The notes beneath the pieces are model-generated. The model saw nothing but the letters and a program-made list of their open reading frames with translations, had not been told where the DNA came from and made no database searches. A stretch of 55,076 bases of DNA from a virus (taxonomy: Duplodnaviria; Caudoviricetes): IMG/VR virus record IMGVR_UViG_3300025132_000049, positions 1-55,076 of that record; one strand, written 5' to 3'. The position numbers and the translations under genes are program-made. Shown here in pieces: positions 1 to 11,195 of the stretch (position 1 is its first letter; each line of letters begins with the position of its first letter).

Positions 1-2241
1 AACAGTAACTAGATTTTGAGTACCAGAAGCCCCATCCGGTACAGTAATAGTACCTGTAAATGTAGGAGCAGACATTGTAGGACTTGTAAACATAGTTGCT
101 TTACTTTCATTAGTTACATTATTCAACGATAATGTGCTTTTTACTGCTGCTGCATTTGCTGCTGTAATAAGTCCTATCATCGGTGTAGCAATAGCAGAAG
201 CAACCCCTGTATTAGCAGCCGTTCTACCTATTATTGTTCCACTAGCAATATCAGCAATCTTAGCCATTGTAACTGCACTATCTGTAATATCACCTGTATT
301 AACACTAGTTAGATATGTATTAGTATCAACGCTATAACTACCTGCACCTGTTCTTTTAAGTAAACCATTACTGCTGAAATCACCATCCATTAATGCCCCT
401 GCTGCTGCTACATTTGTTGCATCTGTAACATCAGCACCGCTTTCTGGTAATGTAGCAAATACTTTTCCAGAACCCGCTAATTGAGAAGAAGTTATTTTTT
501 CTAACATTTGGTCTACTCTAACCTTTTTGTATGTGTCAGCATCAGCATCATAAACAGTTAAGAAATCTGAACCTATTGTTGTACCCGTACCTAAATCTGT
601 TAAAGCATTAAAGTTTAGAGATATAGTATCGCTTGAATTAACTAACCCTGTTGCGAATGTTAAAGCACTTTGTTTAGCATTCCATGTTGCAGCACTAGCA
701 ATTCTAGCATCTGCAAAAGTACCAGATGTAATTTTAGAGGCTGCTAAACTAGGAATATCAGAAGCAGACAAACCACCATCTAATACATTTAATTCTGTTG
801 TGCTTAGAGTAGCACCTTCAAGAATACCTAATTCTGTTTCCGAAACATTAACAGAACCAATACCTATTTCACCTGTAAAGGTAGGATTTGCTATTGGTGC
901 ATATGTTGAAGCAGCAGTAGTAGTTGCCAATTTAGCATCCATTTGAGTTTGAATTGCTGATGTTACACCATCAGTATAATTTAGTTCTGCAACAGTAGCA
1001 GTTACTCCTAAGTTAGTTAATACATTTGTTTTTTGTGTATTAGTTAAAGATTGATTGTTTACATCTATTCTTAATCTGTTACCTAAAGCAGTAGAAGTTG
1101 TTGTAGCAAAGTTTGCATCATCTCCTAATGCTGCCGCTAATTCATTTAAAGTATTGAGAGCAGAAGGTGAAGAATCAATTAATCCCGAAACTTGACCGTC
1201 AACATATGCTTTTATTGATTGTTGACTCGCTGCTGCTGTTGCACTATCAGTAGCCATATCATCTTCATCTAATAGAGATAGTTGTGTATTTGCTGCTGCA
1301 ATAGTTAGATTTGACCCGCTAGGTGTTACTGTAATATTTGAACCCGCTACAATTTTCAAGTCTTGAGTACCACTAGAAGCACCGCTTTTTGTTAATCTAA
1401 GTAATGCGTCATTTGAATCATCTACCCAAGAAGAAGTAAATACGTTTTGTGTATTATCATTAGCAGTCATATCATTTACTACTAAATCAATAGTATTATC
1501 AGATGACTCATATGTAGCCGCAATTCTTGTTTCGGTGTTACCTGTAAACATAGCACCTACTAAGGCTTTTATTTCTGCATCTGTTCTTAGCGATACTGTT
1601 CCACTTGCATCTGGAACATTTATTGTTCTATCAGCCGAAGCATCAGCAAATGCTAATTTTGTGTAATAAGCGTTTGAAGTGTTATAGGAATATATATCTC
1701 CATCACTACCTTTTATTTCTAATCTCTTTCTGAAATCACCGCTATTATCATCACCTGCTGTCAAGGTTCTTGAAGTCGTTTTAATACCTACATATTGTAT
1801 TTTTCTTTTTACTCCCGTACCTGTACCTTTTGCTATTTGTACTACACAAATTGGAATATCACCATCTGTTAAATCAGCAGTTTTAGCAGCAGTAGAACCT
1901 AGAGCATTTGTTCCTCTTAATGCAATTGCATCACTTGAATTAATTACAATAAATCCATACCAATCATAATTTGCTGCTCCTGTAAAATCTGAACTGCTTT
2001 GATTGGGTTGCGCCACTAATGTTTTATATTCTCCTTTCTTAAAATAACCACCTGCTGTTATATCGAATGTGCCATCTGCTTGAGCATTAACTTGAAATCC
2101 ATGTGCTATAAAAGAACCTGCATCAGCAGTATTCAATGCTTTAATTATACCAGAATGAACTGCATCTACACCATCTTCTAATTGGTCGCTATTAGACGGG
2201 TCTAATTTCAATGTACTAATGAATCCTGAAAAGTCTGACAT
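1..2241 (-). CDS. Tail fibre protein, partial (3' end runs off the window; not in the ORF track)
   Basis: ATG at 2241 overlaps the TAA of the upstream gene (TAATG). Starts MSDFSGFISTLKLDPSNSDQLEDG, and the reading at position 1 (...TITVPDGASGTQNLVTV) is in the same frame. Contains the classic tail-fibre motif AYVDGQVSGLIDSSPSALNTLNELAAALGDDANFATT and ATVAELNYTDGVTSAIQTQMDAK...YAPIANPTFTG segments. Confidence 0.8.
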   Translation of the reverse strand, partial: MSDFSGFISTLKLDPSNSDQLEDGVDAVHSGIIKALNTADAGSFIAHGFQVNAQADGTFDITAGGYFKKGEYKTLVAQPNQSSSDFTGAANYDWYGFIVINSSDAIALRGTNALGSTAAKTADLTDGDIPICVVQIAKGTGTGVKRKIQYVGIKTTSRTLTAGDDNSGDFRKRLEIKGSDGDIYSYNTSNAYYTKLAFADASADRTINVPDASGTVSLRTDAEIKALVGAMFTGNTETRIAATYESSDNTIDLVVNDMTANDNTQNVFTSSWVDDSNDALLRLTKSGASSGTQDLKIVAGSNITVTPSGSNLTIAAANTQLSLLDEDDMATDSATAAASQQSIKAYVDGQVSGLIDSSPSALNTLNELAAALGDDANFATTTSTALGNRLRIDVNNQSLTNTQKTNVLTNLGVTATVAELNYTDGVTSAIQTQMDAKLATTTAASTYAPIANPTFTGEIGIGSVNVSETELGILEGATLSTTELNVLDGGLSASDIPSLAASKITSGTFADARIASAATWNAKQSALTFATGLVNSSDTISLNFNALTDLGTGTTIGSDFLTVYDADADTYKKVRVDQMLEKITSSQLAGSGKVFATLPESGADVTDATNVAAAGALMDGDFSSNGLLKRTGAGSYSVDTNTYLTSVNTGDITDSAVTMAKIADIASGTIIGRTAANTGVASAIATPMIGLITAANAAAVKSTLSLNNVTNESKATMFTSPTMSAPTFTGTITVPDGASGTQNLVTV

Positions 2242-2588
2242 TAAGGAATCACCACTCTAAAAGTAAAACTAACTGTTTCATTAGATGCTAGTGGCCCAAT
2301 GCTATTAAAATTAACTCTAGTTAACATATCTCCATTGCCCGTAGTAGCATGATTAAACACTCCCATTTCTGATATTACATTAGTTGTTATTTCATCACCT
2401 GTAAATGTAACAGTATATACTATTGTGTTACCTATTACTTGTTTTGAATCAGCCTCTTTTCTTGCTATTTCATGGTCTAATGTAGTTTGACTAGTTGCTG
2501 TATCATCTCCGCCATCACCTACTGCAATGTATAGGAAATCACCTACTATTAAATCGGCTGTTTTGTTCTTCCCTGCATCTGTTATCAT
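2241..2588 (-). CDS. Tail-fibre attachment / tail-collar-like protein
   Basis: MITDAGKN...YIAVGDG...TTLDHEIARK...ISEMGVF pattern typical of tail-collar/baseplate fibre-anchoring domains; lies between the hub and fibre genes. Confidence 0.6.
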   Translation of the reverse strand: MITDAGKNKTADLIVGDFLYIAVGDGGDDTATSQTTLDHEIARKEADSKQVIGNTIVYTVTFTGDEITTNVISEMGVFNHATTGNGDMLTRVNFNSIGPLASNETVSFTFRVVIP

Positions 2589-5500
2589 AATTTTATTTCC
2601 TCCGTTGTTGTTGTTTCAGTACCCGGATTATATAAAGTAGACCAACCAATTACAGTAGACCAACCAACATCTGTTCCAACTACGCTACTTATAGAGTAAT
2701 GTAAAGAGGTTTCCTCTATTCCTATTTCACTAAAAGCCATTTGACTAGTAGTAGAAACTGAAACATTCTTATTCAATAAAGTCACAAAACCACCTTCTCT
2801 TTCAATATTCATTTCTGCTAATCTTTCAGCAATTGTTTTGTTAAATGTACCAACTTGTATTTTAGATATATTAGCCATAGCATTTTCTATTTCAAATATA
2901 ATATAATCATCTGGTGGAATACCATGATTAGGGAAGTTTAATGTTATTAAATCGCCCGGCTTCATTAACTTCATATTTCCTTCTCTTTCTATTTCTATTG
3001 TTACTTTAATAGCGGGAGTATTATGTAATGCCAATAGTTGTTCTGCCTTTATTTGTGCTTCTTTAGCATACTTAATATTAGAATCAATATGTTTGATAGT
3101 ATTTGTATTTCTCGTAGTAGGCATTTCAGCAGTCGCCTTAACATTGTCTCCTATTACTATGACTTTATTTGCTGCATCGAATAGACTAGTATTATTTTCT
3201 ACACTCAAAAGATTTTGTCCGTCTTTATATCTTAATGAATATTTTCTTCTTGTAGTATAATCATCTACATCTCTGATAAGTATCTTATCTTTATTGAATA
3301 CATATTCTAATCCTTTCTTGCTTGCTAAGAAATTAACTGCTGTGAATACATCATTTTCAGCAAACCTTGTATTTAGAATAAATGGTTTTCTATTGTATTT
3401 AACAAGTTCTTCACCTGCTTTAGGTTTGTAAAATATATCTGCTGTTGATGTTTCATTATCATAATCTACATCCTTTAATACTAAAGTAGTGGATGTATTT
3501 CCAGATGCAACTTCTCCTATGAGTTTACCTTCGTGATTATATAATACATCACCAACTGCTATTGAAGCAACTGCTGCTGATAAAGAAATAGTAAGACCTG
3601 TTGTATCACTAGCAACTATTGCACCTGTATAGGTTAAGTTTCTTTCTGATGTATCTAAATCAATTCCACTATCTTCTAATATTTCTTCAATTGCTTTTTC
3701 TGCATCTGTGCCTATCGAAAAACTACTTCCAATATACGCTGTATCTTTTATGTCAAGAGCATTTGAGGTAGTTATAGTAAATGTTTCTCCAAAAGAAACC
3801 ACCCCATTTCCTGTAAGTGTTCCTTCATAATCAAATCTTAAAGGAGTAGCAGTAGTTTTAGTTACAGTTAGTGTTTTTCTTTGTGTATTTTTACCATCTG
3901 TAATATAGCAATCTATTGCATCTCCATCACTAAACATTGCATTAGCATTGGCAACAGTTAATTTTTCAGGTAAGTTATTTGAGTTAGTAATTGCTCTATC
4001 TGTTTCTAATAATATATACATTGATTTAATACCTTCTGCATAATTGTCTGTATTAGAAGTATCAATAGCACCTGTTCTAATATTTGTAGGTACAATATCA
4101 TACTGTAATCCTGAATGTATTAATTTATTTATTTCTATAAAATCGGGAGTATCTTCAAATGCTGTTTCAGATATTTTCATTAATCTATATATTGAATTAA
4201 TATCAAAGTTTGCATTTAATGTTAAAGTGTGTACCGAAGGACTACCAGTAGTCGCTACATGGTTTATTATTTTTAATGTAGATGAGCCATCTTGTTTTGT
4301 TAAATAATAACCTGTAAGGTTAGGTACATAATGAATCCAACTATGTTTATTTGTAGCATTCATTGTAATTTCAATAGAAGAAGAAGCAGTCCCCCCTGTA
4401 TTTATTTGAGGTTTAATTAGCATCTGTGTTTGATAGATTTCTCCTGTTGTTACACCTGCATCTCTGTGATTGTATTCCTTTCCATCTGCTGTATACCCTT
4501 CTTCTGAACTAAAAGGTTCAGTAAATGTCTCTACATTATCCTCTCTACTTGTAGTTTTAGTACCTACAAATGCTGCACCAGAAGAACCACTAACAGATAT
4601 TTTACTTATTCTCATATTCCTACTGTGTTGTTGGTCGTGTCCTTGATTTGTGCTACTTAAATCACTTCTTCTATCAGTAAAATTACTAGATGAATCTAAC
4701 GCCAATGGACTAGAAGTTAAAGAAATATTTCTTTCATTACTTCCTTGAGATTCTTGTATTGACCCTTTAAAATGTTTAAAAATTGCTACACAATTACTGT
4801 ATAAATCCGCACCTCTATCAGCATGATATTGAGAAGGGCTATTATTACTACTACTAAATGTAGGCATTTGTAATGCGTTGATTACTCTTGATAAGTGCCA
4901 ATATTTAGTTGCATAGTCATTACTATCAGGCCAACTTCCAGAACCATCAAAATCTATTTGCCAATCTCCTTCTTCGTGGAATGGTGAGTTGGTAAAATTA
5001 TCGTTATTTGCACCACTACCTGCTTGAAATGCTTCTGCTATTATTGGCAAATAGATGTTATGACTGTTAAATAAATCACTATTACCAATTCTAGGAACGT
5101 GTTCTAAATAACTTTTATCAATTTCTTTAATTAAAAGATATGCGTTAATGTGTCTCATTTTACTAGTATGTGCTAAAGTATCTATACCAAAGCCATCATC
5201 AGCAAGCATATCCCAAAGTAATACGTTAGATACAAAACCTGCCTCTCCACTACTAATAGTTTGAAAAATGGTTATATTAGAACTTACAGTTCTAGCACCA
5301 GATAATAAACTATGGTCGGCATCAAATCTAGCAACTAATGTACCATCTTGTTTGTATATCATATCATCCTTTTTAAATGAATATGTGTTATTACCACTAA
5401 ATGTAATTGATGAACTTGTTGTAGTAAATGTAAATGCTAAATTAACAGGAGTTTTAAATCTAGGATATGAAAAATTATCAATTGTAGGTAGATTGGTTAT

Positions 5501-8500
5501 GTCCTTTAATGACTCAGCATCAACAGGATTAAAATGCCAATCAAATGTTGCTTCTACTAATCTCATAATACCCCATCTTTTGACAGCAGTTGGTGCAATA
5601 GAGGCAGTATCTATTTTACTCATATCATAACTATTTTCTTTTCTTAGTAATTCAAAAGAACTCCCCGTATAATTAGTATGAGACACATTATTACCCTTCT
5701 GAGGATTTGCTTCTGTTAATATTCCAAAAGATGAAAAATCTGATTGATTCAATAAATTATTATATCTTAGTTTAGATTCTGGAAATAAATCTCCTACTGA
5801 TAATAATTCATATTTTTTAGTCCTGTAATCTCTTTGATTTAAATTAAATGCTTTAGTTGAACTAGTTGTGCCTGTTCTACTAATAGGAAACTCTTTTGGT
5901 AAACCTAAAGCATCTCCATTACCATCATTAGTAGATGTTAATTTATCTGGGCCTGTATAACTAGCATCGTGATAATTACTACCCCAATAAGGAGAATCAG
6001 TAAGAGTTGCTGTCAATGTATTAGTAGCACCTGTCGCTTTAATACAATAAGCAGGTGCAGCACCCATAATTTTTTGTGTTTTTAATCCTTCATTTAATAC
6101 AGAATCAAAGGTTTGTTTTATCTCTCCTTCTGAAATATGTTGTAAATCTAAATATCTATACATTTGGCTAGAAGTATATATCGCATCATGTTCATGTTTT
6201 AGTCTATGTATAAACCCTGCACTAGGAATATTTCTATTAACTAAATACAAATACGCATTATTTTCACTTGAAAACCTGCTGTCAGAAGTATTTGTTTCAA
6301 CACTACCTAACACAATAGGAAAAGTAGGTGCAAGAGTAATAGTGCTAGATTCTCCTTCCATTTTTATACTATCTACTATATTGAATCCGGTAGTTATGCT
6401 AGGAGAAACAATAGAAGAATAAGTAGTCTTAGAATCTTTTTCTAAACCTAATCTAAATGAAAACTTAGAGTCTTTAGTTCCTATTGAATCTACATCTAAA
6501 ATATCATATCCTAAAGAACCATCTTGACCGTAACCAAAAGTAGCAGAAGTATATGCCAAATCACTATAAGTTACAGCATTAGTATCACTATATACTACCT
6601 TTTTACCATCAACAAATACTACACCTTTATCACCTGTTGAGTCTAAATCAGTAGGTGAAGAGGTTGCTTGAGGATTCTTACTCAATGCTTTAAATGATGA
6701 TTGATAATTAGATGTTCTAGGTTGCCAAAGTTTAACTGTACTGCCCGTACTTATTTCTGTTTCAGTAATATTAGCACAAGATAAAGTAATAGTATAATCT
6801 CTATAAGAACCCAAAACCTGAGAGGCCGCACCAACATTACTTATTTCACCGACTAAATTACCACTACTATCTAATAAAACATCATACGGTTTTGGTATTA
6901 TTCCTAAATCGTGTTGAGCATCAAGTATTCTTAATCTTGTCTCTGTTCCTGTGGCAGTCAAAGTTGTCGTTGCCGTTGTTACATCAATTGTATCAGTAAG
7001 TACAGGAATCAAACTAGAATATATTACATCATCAGTATGATTCAAGTTTTTAGTTGTTGTATCGCCTAACAATTTAGATAATTTATCTCTACCAGATATT
7101 TCAAAACTAATCATACCACCTTTATTTACTGAGTTTATATCCTCTACACTACCAGAAAATATTTCCTCATCAATAGCATAATTACCAGATAAATAATACA
7201 TCATAGATATAGGAGTGCTTTGATAGTATTTTTTAGAAGTAAAGTCTGATGATAATTTAATCTGATTATGTACCGAATCCCCATAGTCTATTGTTATTTC
7301 ATGGTTGACTAATTCTGGTGTAAGTAATACTACTCTATTATCATTTAAACTAGATTTTGTTTTATTTATTGTTTCACCATTAATAGTTAATCGTTTGAAA
7401 GTATTACTAGCATATACTGCTTCTGTATCTATTGGAAAATCTCCTACTAGTCCACCATTCCATGACCTAACATACATATCAGCATTACTAAAAGACTCCA
7501 TAGTAGATATACTGCTAAACTTTAATGCACCATCGGTTTTAGTTAGACTAACAGTAATTTCTTGCGCTCTTGCATTATCTATATCAGTAGGGGCAGCAAT
7601 AGAATCCACTACATAATAATTATTATTTACTTGTATTATATCGTTTGCTTTTATAAAATTATCATTTCTAACATCATAACTTTCTGTTATATTATTTATT
7701 TTAATTTTATGTGTTCCACTAGAAGAAACACTATTGACAGTATACGGTATTTTATATTTACCTAGTGTAGCAGAATGTATAGAGTTTCTAATAACAAACT
7801 TGTCATTTTGTTTTAGTTTCAAATGCTGAATACCTGAGTAGTCTAGCACTTTTACTCTTGCTATCTGACTCATTTTATTTCTAGGATAATTTACTGTTGC
7901 ATCCATTATAGGGTCTACAATATTATTTTTTAAATGTGAAGATTTATAATATAAATGTCTTTTAGCACCTGTCAATTCTCCATAAAACTTTCCATAATTT
8001 GCAGTATAAAAACTAGTATGTGCTGACGTTCTATCAGATGTATTTCTTTTATAATTTCTAATAGCCCTATCCCATCTATCGGGAGTAAATGTATATGTAG
8101 CATCAGTATCATAATCCTTAGTATTACCACTTTCTAAAACAATGTCTTTATTTCTAATATTATCTACCAATAAAGCATCTTGATTCATAGCCCCTAAATC
8201 ATTAATGATATTACCATATTCTTGTTCTGTTAAGAATACCGTATGGTGTAAGTCTCTACCTTGATATGCGTCAAGAGCAGTACCTAATCCACCATTTACT
8301 GTAACTCTATTAGCATCTAAAGTTATTTCATTAGTGCCAGAATCTTCATCTGTTATTATACCAAGAAAGTCTTTATTATTACCTACCCATAAACTTCTTC
8401 CTACATCAGTAGCGGAAAATGTATAAGTATTATATACTTCACAGTTTTCAGTATAAGCATTAATAGCACTATTAGTAGTAGAAATAACTGTATTTACTTG

Positions 8501-9322
8501 CGCCCAATCCTTATACCATCTACAAGTAGTCAATAAGTATTTAGTATTGTAATCTAATTGGTTTTTATTTACTAATCTATCTTCATAGAAATACCAAGTA
8601 GGTCTACTAACTGTACTACTTACATCATATTTATCATTAATAACACCAGATGTACTATCAGTTAATCCTCTGAGACCGTAAGATACTGCTACTACATTTA
8701 TATCTGTTTTTGCTGGCCCTTGATAGATTTCAAAGTTAGTACCTTTAGGTATAGATGAAGGATATTTAGGCTCAAACTCTATCCCATCACCATAGTAATC
8801 AAAAGTAGTTAATTGTTTTATTTTAGCAAAATGTGGTCTAATTGATAATGCACCATCATCCCCTTTAATTTCTGGATTAATTAAAACAAAGTAGTCATTA
8901 GTTTCTAAATCAAGGCTTTCAGCCCCACCAACAGCAGACAATAGTTGACCTGCAACGCTTGCCTTTGGGTCATAAACTCTTAATTTATATGAAGGAGTTT
9001 GTTGTTTATTAGTTGCATAATTTGCTAAAACATTTGAATTACTAGAAGGTATTATTCTATTTACTATTCTATTTTTTCCATGTGCTGAAATATCTGGTTC
9101 AGTAGTTACACCATAACTAGTTGGTGCGTTTCTTATTTCAAAGAAATTGGCCGAGTTTTCTACCGGACTAGTAGGTAAACCCGGATTTTTTAATACAGGA
9201 TTTACAGAAGTATTAGAAAAAGCAACATCTGGAAATGCGTTTTTTCTATTAGCATAGGTATAATTTAATGTTTCAGTATGTGTTTTATTATTATTTAAAA
9301 CATAGACATAATTATCAGGCAT
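2585..9322 (-). CDS. Giant (2245 aa) tail tip / baseplate hub protein
   Basis: S/T/N-rich beta protein in the tail module. C-terminus NKVIVIG...IDSNIKYAKEAQIKAEQLL...KPGDLITLNFP...YIIFEIE resembles the central tail hub (GpJ/Tal-type) C-terminal domain. Confidence 0.65.
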   Translation of the reverse strand: MPDNYVYVLNNNKTHTETLNYTYANRKNAFPDVAFSNTSVNPVLKNPGLPTSPVENSANFFEIRNAPTSYGVTTEPDISAHGKNRIVNRIIPSSNSNVLANYATNKQQTPSYKLRVYDPKASVAGQLLSAVGGAESLDLETNDYFVLINPEIKGDDGALSIRPHFAKIKQLTTFDYYGDGIEFEPKYPSSIPKGTNFEIYQGPAKTDINVVAVSYGLRGLTDSTSGVINDKYDVSSTVSRPTWYFYEDRLVNKNQLDYNTKYLLTTCRWYKDWAQVNTVISTTNSAINAYTENCEVYNTYTFSATDVGRSLWVGNNKDFLGIITDEDSGTNEITLDANRVTVNGGLGTALDAYQGRDLHHTVFLTEQEYGNIINDLGAMNQDALLVDNIRNKDIVLESGNTKDYDTDATYTFTPDRWDRAIRNYKRNTSDRTSAHTSFYTANYGKFYGELTGAKRHLYYKSSHLKNNIVDPIMDATVNYPRNKMSQIARVKVLDYSGIQHLKLKQNDKFVIRNSIHSATLGKYKIPYTVNSVSSSGTHKIKINNITESYDVRNDNFIKANDIIQVNNNYYVVDSIAAPTDIDNARAQEITVSLTKTDGALKFSSISTMESFSNADMYVRSWNGGLVGDFPIDTEAVYASNTFKRLTINGETINKTKSSLNDNRVVLLTPELVNHEITIDYGDSVHNQIKLSSDFTSKKYYQSTPISMMYYLSGNYAIDEEIFSGSVEDINSVNKGGMISFEISGRDKLSKLLGDTTTKNLNHTDDVIYSSLIPVLTDTIDVTTATTTLTATGTETRLRILDAQHDLGIIPKPYDVLLDSSGNLVGEISNVGAASQVLGSYRDYTITLSCANITETEISTGSTVKLWQPRTSNYQSSFKALSKNPQATSSPTDLDSTGDKGVVFVDGKKVVYSDTNAVTYSDLAYTSATFGYGQDGSLGYDILDVDSIGTKDSKFSFRLGLEKDSKTTYSSIVSPSITTGFNIVDSIKMEGESSTITLAPTFPIVLGSVETNTSDSRFSSENNAYLYLVNRNIPSAGFIHRLKHEHDAIYTSSQMYRYLDLQHISEGEIKQTFDSVLNEGLKTQKIMGAAPAYCIKATGATNTLTATLTDSPYWGSNYHDASYTGPDKLTSTNDGNGDALGLPKEFPISRTGTTSSTKAFNLNQRDYRTKKYELLSVGDLFPESKLRYNNLLNQSDFSSFGILTEANPQKGNNVSHTNYTGSSFELLRKENSYDMSKIDTASIAPTAVKRWGIMRLVEATFDWHFNPVDAESLKDITNLPTIDNFSYPRFKTPVNLAFTFTTTSSSITFSGNNTYSFKKDDMIYKQDGTLVARFDADHSLLSGARTVSSNITIFQTISSGEAGFVSNVLLWDMLADDGFGIDTLAHTSKMRHINAYLLIKEIDKSYLEHVPRIGNSDLFNSHNIYLPIIAEAFQAGSGANNDNFTNSPFHEEGDWQIDFDGSGSWPDSNDYATKYWHLSRVINALQMPTFSSSNNSPSQYHADRGADLYSNCVAIFKHFKGSIQESQGSNERNISLTSSPLALDSSSNFTDRRSDLSSTNQGHDQQHSRNMRISKISVSGSSGAAFVGTKTTSREDNVETFTEPFSSEEGYTADGKEYNHRDAGVTTGEIYQTQMLIKPQINTGGTASSSIEITMNATNKHSWIHYVPNLTGYYLTKQDGSSTLKIINHVATTGSPSVHTLTLNANFDINSIYRLMKISETAFEDTPDFIEINKLIHSGLQYDIVPTNIRTGAIDTSNTDNYAEGIKSMYILLETDRAITNSNNLPEKLTVANANAMFSDGDAIDCYITDGKNTQRKTLTVTKTTATPLRFDYEGTLTGNGVVSFGETFTITTSNALDIKDTAYIGSSFSIGTDAEKAIEEILEDSGIDLDTSERNLTYTGAIVASDTTGLTISLSAAVASIAVGDVLYNHEGKLIGEVASGNTSTTLVLKDVDYDNETSTADIFYKPKAGEELVKYNRKPFILNTRFAENDVFTAVNFLASKKGLEYVFNKDKILIRDVDDYTTRRKYSLRYKDGQNLLSVENNTSLFDAANKVIVIGDNVKATAEMPTTRNTNTIKHIDSNIKYAKEAQIKAEQLLALHNTPAIKVTIEIEREGNMKLMKPGDLITLNFPNHGIPPDDYIIFEIENAMANISKIQVGTFNKTIAERLAEMNIEREGGFVTLLNKNVSVSTTSQMAFSEIGIEETSLHYSISSVVGTDVGWSTVIGWSTLYNPGTETTTTEEIKL

Positions 9323-10416
9323 TAGTTATCACCAAACCTATAATAGAATACTATATCACTATATCCAACAGATAACGTGCTGCTTCTTGCACTAGGTTCT
9401 CTTCTACCATGTAAACAAATCTCATACATTTCTCCCATAAATTGAGTAGTTGTGCTTTCTGTATATGTATAAGACCCACCGCTTTCTGTTCTAACTTTAC
9501 CCTTACCAATCCAAGTATCGCTAGGGTCAAAATAAAATCCATCTGTTAAAGTAACATTTTCTGAGGCTATTTCTACGTTATTCAAATACAATTTTAAAGC
9601 GTCTCCTGTAAAGGAACAAGACACTTTGTAAGTTGAATCAATATACAATGCCTCTCTAGGTTGCGAGTAATATATATCTGAGGTATAATTAGCAGCAGTA
9701 AAATTAGTTGCTGATAAAGTAATATCATTAGAGTTTATAGATGCAACAGTACCTATTAGTTTCCCTGTATTTCCATAAATACTTTCACCAACACCAATTA
9801 AATTAGTTTCGTTTGTTGTCATCTGGCTAATTACTCTAGTACTACTATTCAAAGAAGTACTAGAATCTAATTGTCTTAATGATGTAGTTATCCCTTCATA
9901 TAACTGAGTATTAGTACCACTATAATAGCCATGTAATACATTGTTAGGTTTGATTACAGTATCAGAAGTAGAAGTAACTTTAGTAGTATCATCTTGATGT
10001 ATCTTAGCAACTATTCTATATTCCGCAGGTTGATTTATATTAATAGTAGTAGTATTTTCAAGATATAATTCAAAGTTTTTATTGTAATATAACATCATCT
10101 TGTGAGCATATCTATCGCTTGTATATTTATTTGATTGATAATGTGTAGTGTTAGAAGTAACAGAAGTATTCAAACTAGGAATTGTTTTTTCAGAATCAGT
10201 TATCCCCGACCCTGTTGTTTTAGAACCAAATCCATTAATGTCATAGGGAGTTATAATCATCTCTAAGGTAAATCCTTTAGTAATACCCCAATGGCCTTGT
10301 CTGAGAGCCAAAGAAGTGTTAGTAGGGTTAGTATTACCATACGTTTGTTTTATGTAGCCATCACTAAGTATAGGGAATACTAATGACTTTGTTTCTCCTA
10401 CATATACACCGGGCAT
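9322..10416 (-). CDS. LamG/concanavalin-A-like minor tail protein
   Basis: FTLEMIITP...YKVSCSFTGDALKLYLNNVEIAS...WIGKG...FMGEMYEICLH are LamG-type strands; GGTGA RBS upstream. Confidence 0.65.
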   Translation of the reverse strand: MPGVYVGETKSLVFPILSDGYIKQTYGNTNPTNTSLALRQGHWGITKGFTLEMIITPYDINGFGSKTTGSGITDSEKTIPSLNTSVTSNTTHYQSNKYTSDRYAHKMMLYYNKNFELYLENTTTININQPAEYRIVAKIHQDDTTKVTSTSDTVIKPNNVLHGYYSGTNTQLYEGITTSLRQLDSSTSLNSSTRVISQMTTNETNLIGVGESIYGNTGKLIGTVASINSNDITLSATNFTAANYTSDIYYSQPREALYIDSTYKVSCSFTGDALKLYLNNVEIASENVTLTDGFYFDPSDTWIGKGKVRTESGGSYTYTESTTTQFMGEMYEICLHGRREPSARSSTLSVGYSDIVFYYRFGDN

Positions 10417-10424
10417 TTAATCAC

Positions 10425-11195
10425 CTAAAAACTAGAATTAATGAAGTCTGAAACTCCTGTTGAAGCATTGGTGAATGTTAAACTAAATGTTATTGAAGGT
10501 ACTTGGTCTCCCGCCCAATCACAAGAAAAATCATTTATGAATCCTGTAACCCCTGCTATCTCATTATTTGTTGATAATAAAGCATCAGGAAAAGGAGTAG
10601 TACCCCAATCTAATTTAGTACCATCTATTGAAGGTATGTCGAAATCTCTATTACCCCAATGGAAAGGAATTAAAGGTAAATCTGGTAATTCTGTATTCTC
10701 ATGTGTATCACCATTAGCCTTTGTACGATAATCAAAATTAGTATCTGCACGACTAGGATATAATATAATTAATTTAGTTAGATTCTGGTCTTCATGTAAG
10801 AAAGAAGAATCTACATATGAATGAATTAATTGTGCTATTTCATATCCTGTTAATACTACACTTTTTTCTCCAGATTTATTTTTCTTAACTATCTGTTGGT
10901 CTTTAATTACTCCTTGTAATGTAATAGTTTTAGTAGCCAAACCCATATCTAATGCTAATGTTGTTGACTCTCCTGTTACTACACCTGAGAAAGGTACAGG
11001 AAACGCTAAAGATTGTTTATTGGTAGATATTGATATAGAGTTAACTAATAACCCTATTCTATTTTGATGAAGTGGAGATTCTGTTGTTTCTCCAGATATG
11101 TCGGGTTTAGTGTCACCAGAACCTCTTCTTGCTAACTCTAACATAACATATGTTGCTGCACCTAAATCATTTCTATAACTAACCATTTTACGCAC
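10425..11195 (-). CDS. Distal-tail (Dit-like) / tail tip protein
   Basis: Directly downstream of the tape measure gene; KTITLQG and GFINDFS...FSLTF beta pattern. True start is probably MVSY near 11186. Confidence 0.45.
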   Translation of the reverse strand: MRKMVSYRNDLGAATYVMLELARRGSGDTKPDISGETTESPLHQNRIGLLVNSISISTNKQSLAFPVPFSGVVTGESTTLALDMGLATKTITLQGVIKDQQIVKKNKSGEKSVVLTGYEIAQLIHSYVDSSFLHEDQNLTKLIILYPSRADTNFDYRTKANGDTHENTELPDLPLIPFHWGNRDFDIPSIDGTKLDWGTTPFPDALLSTNNEIAGVTGFINDFSCDWAGDQVPSITFSLTFTNASTGVSDFINSSF

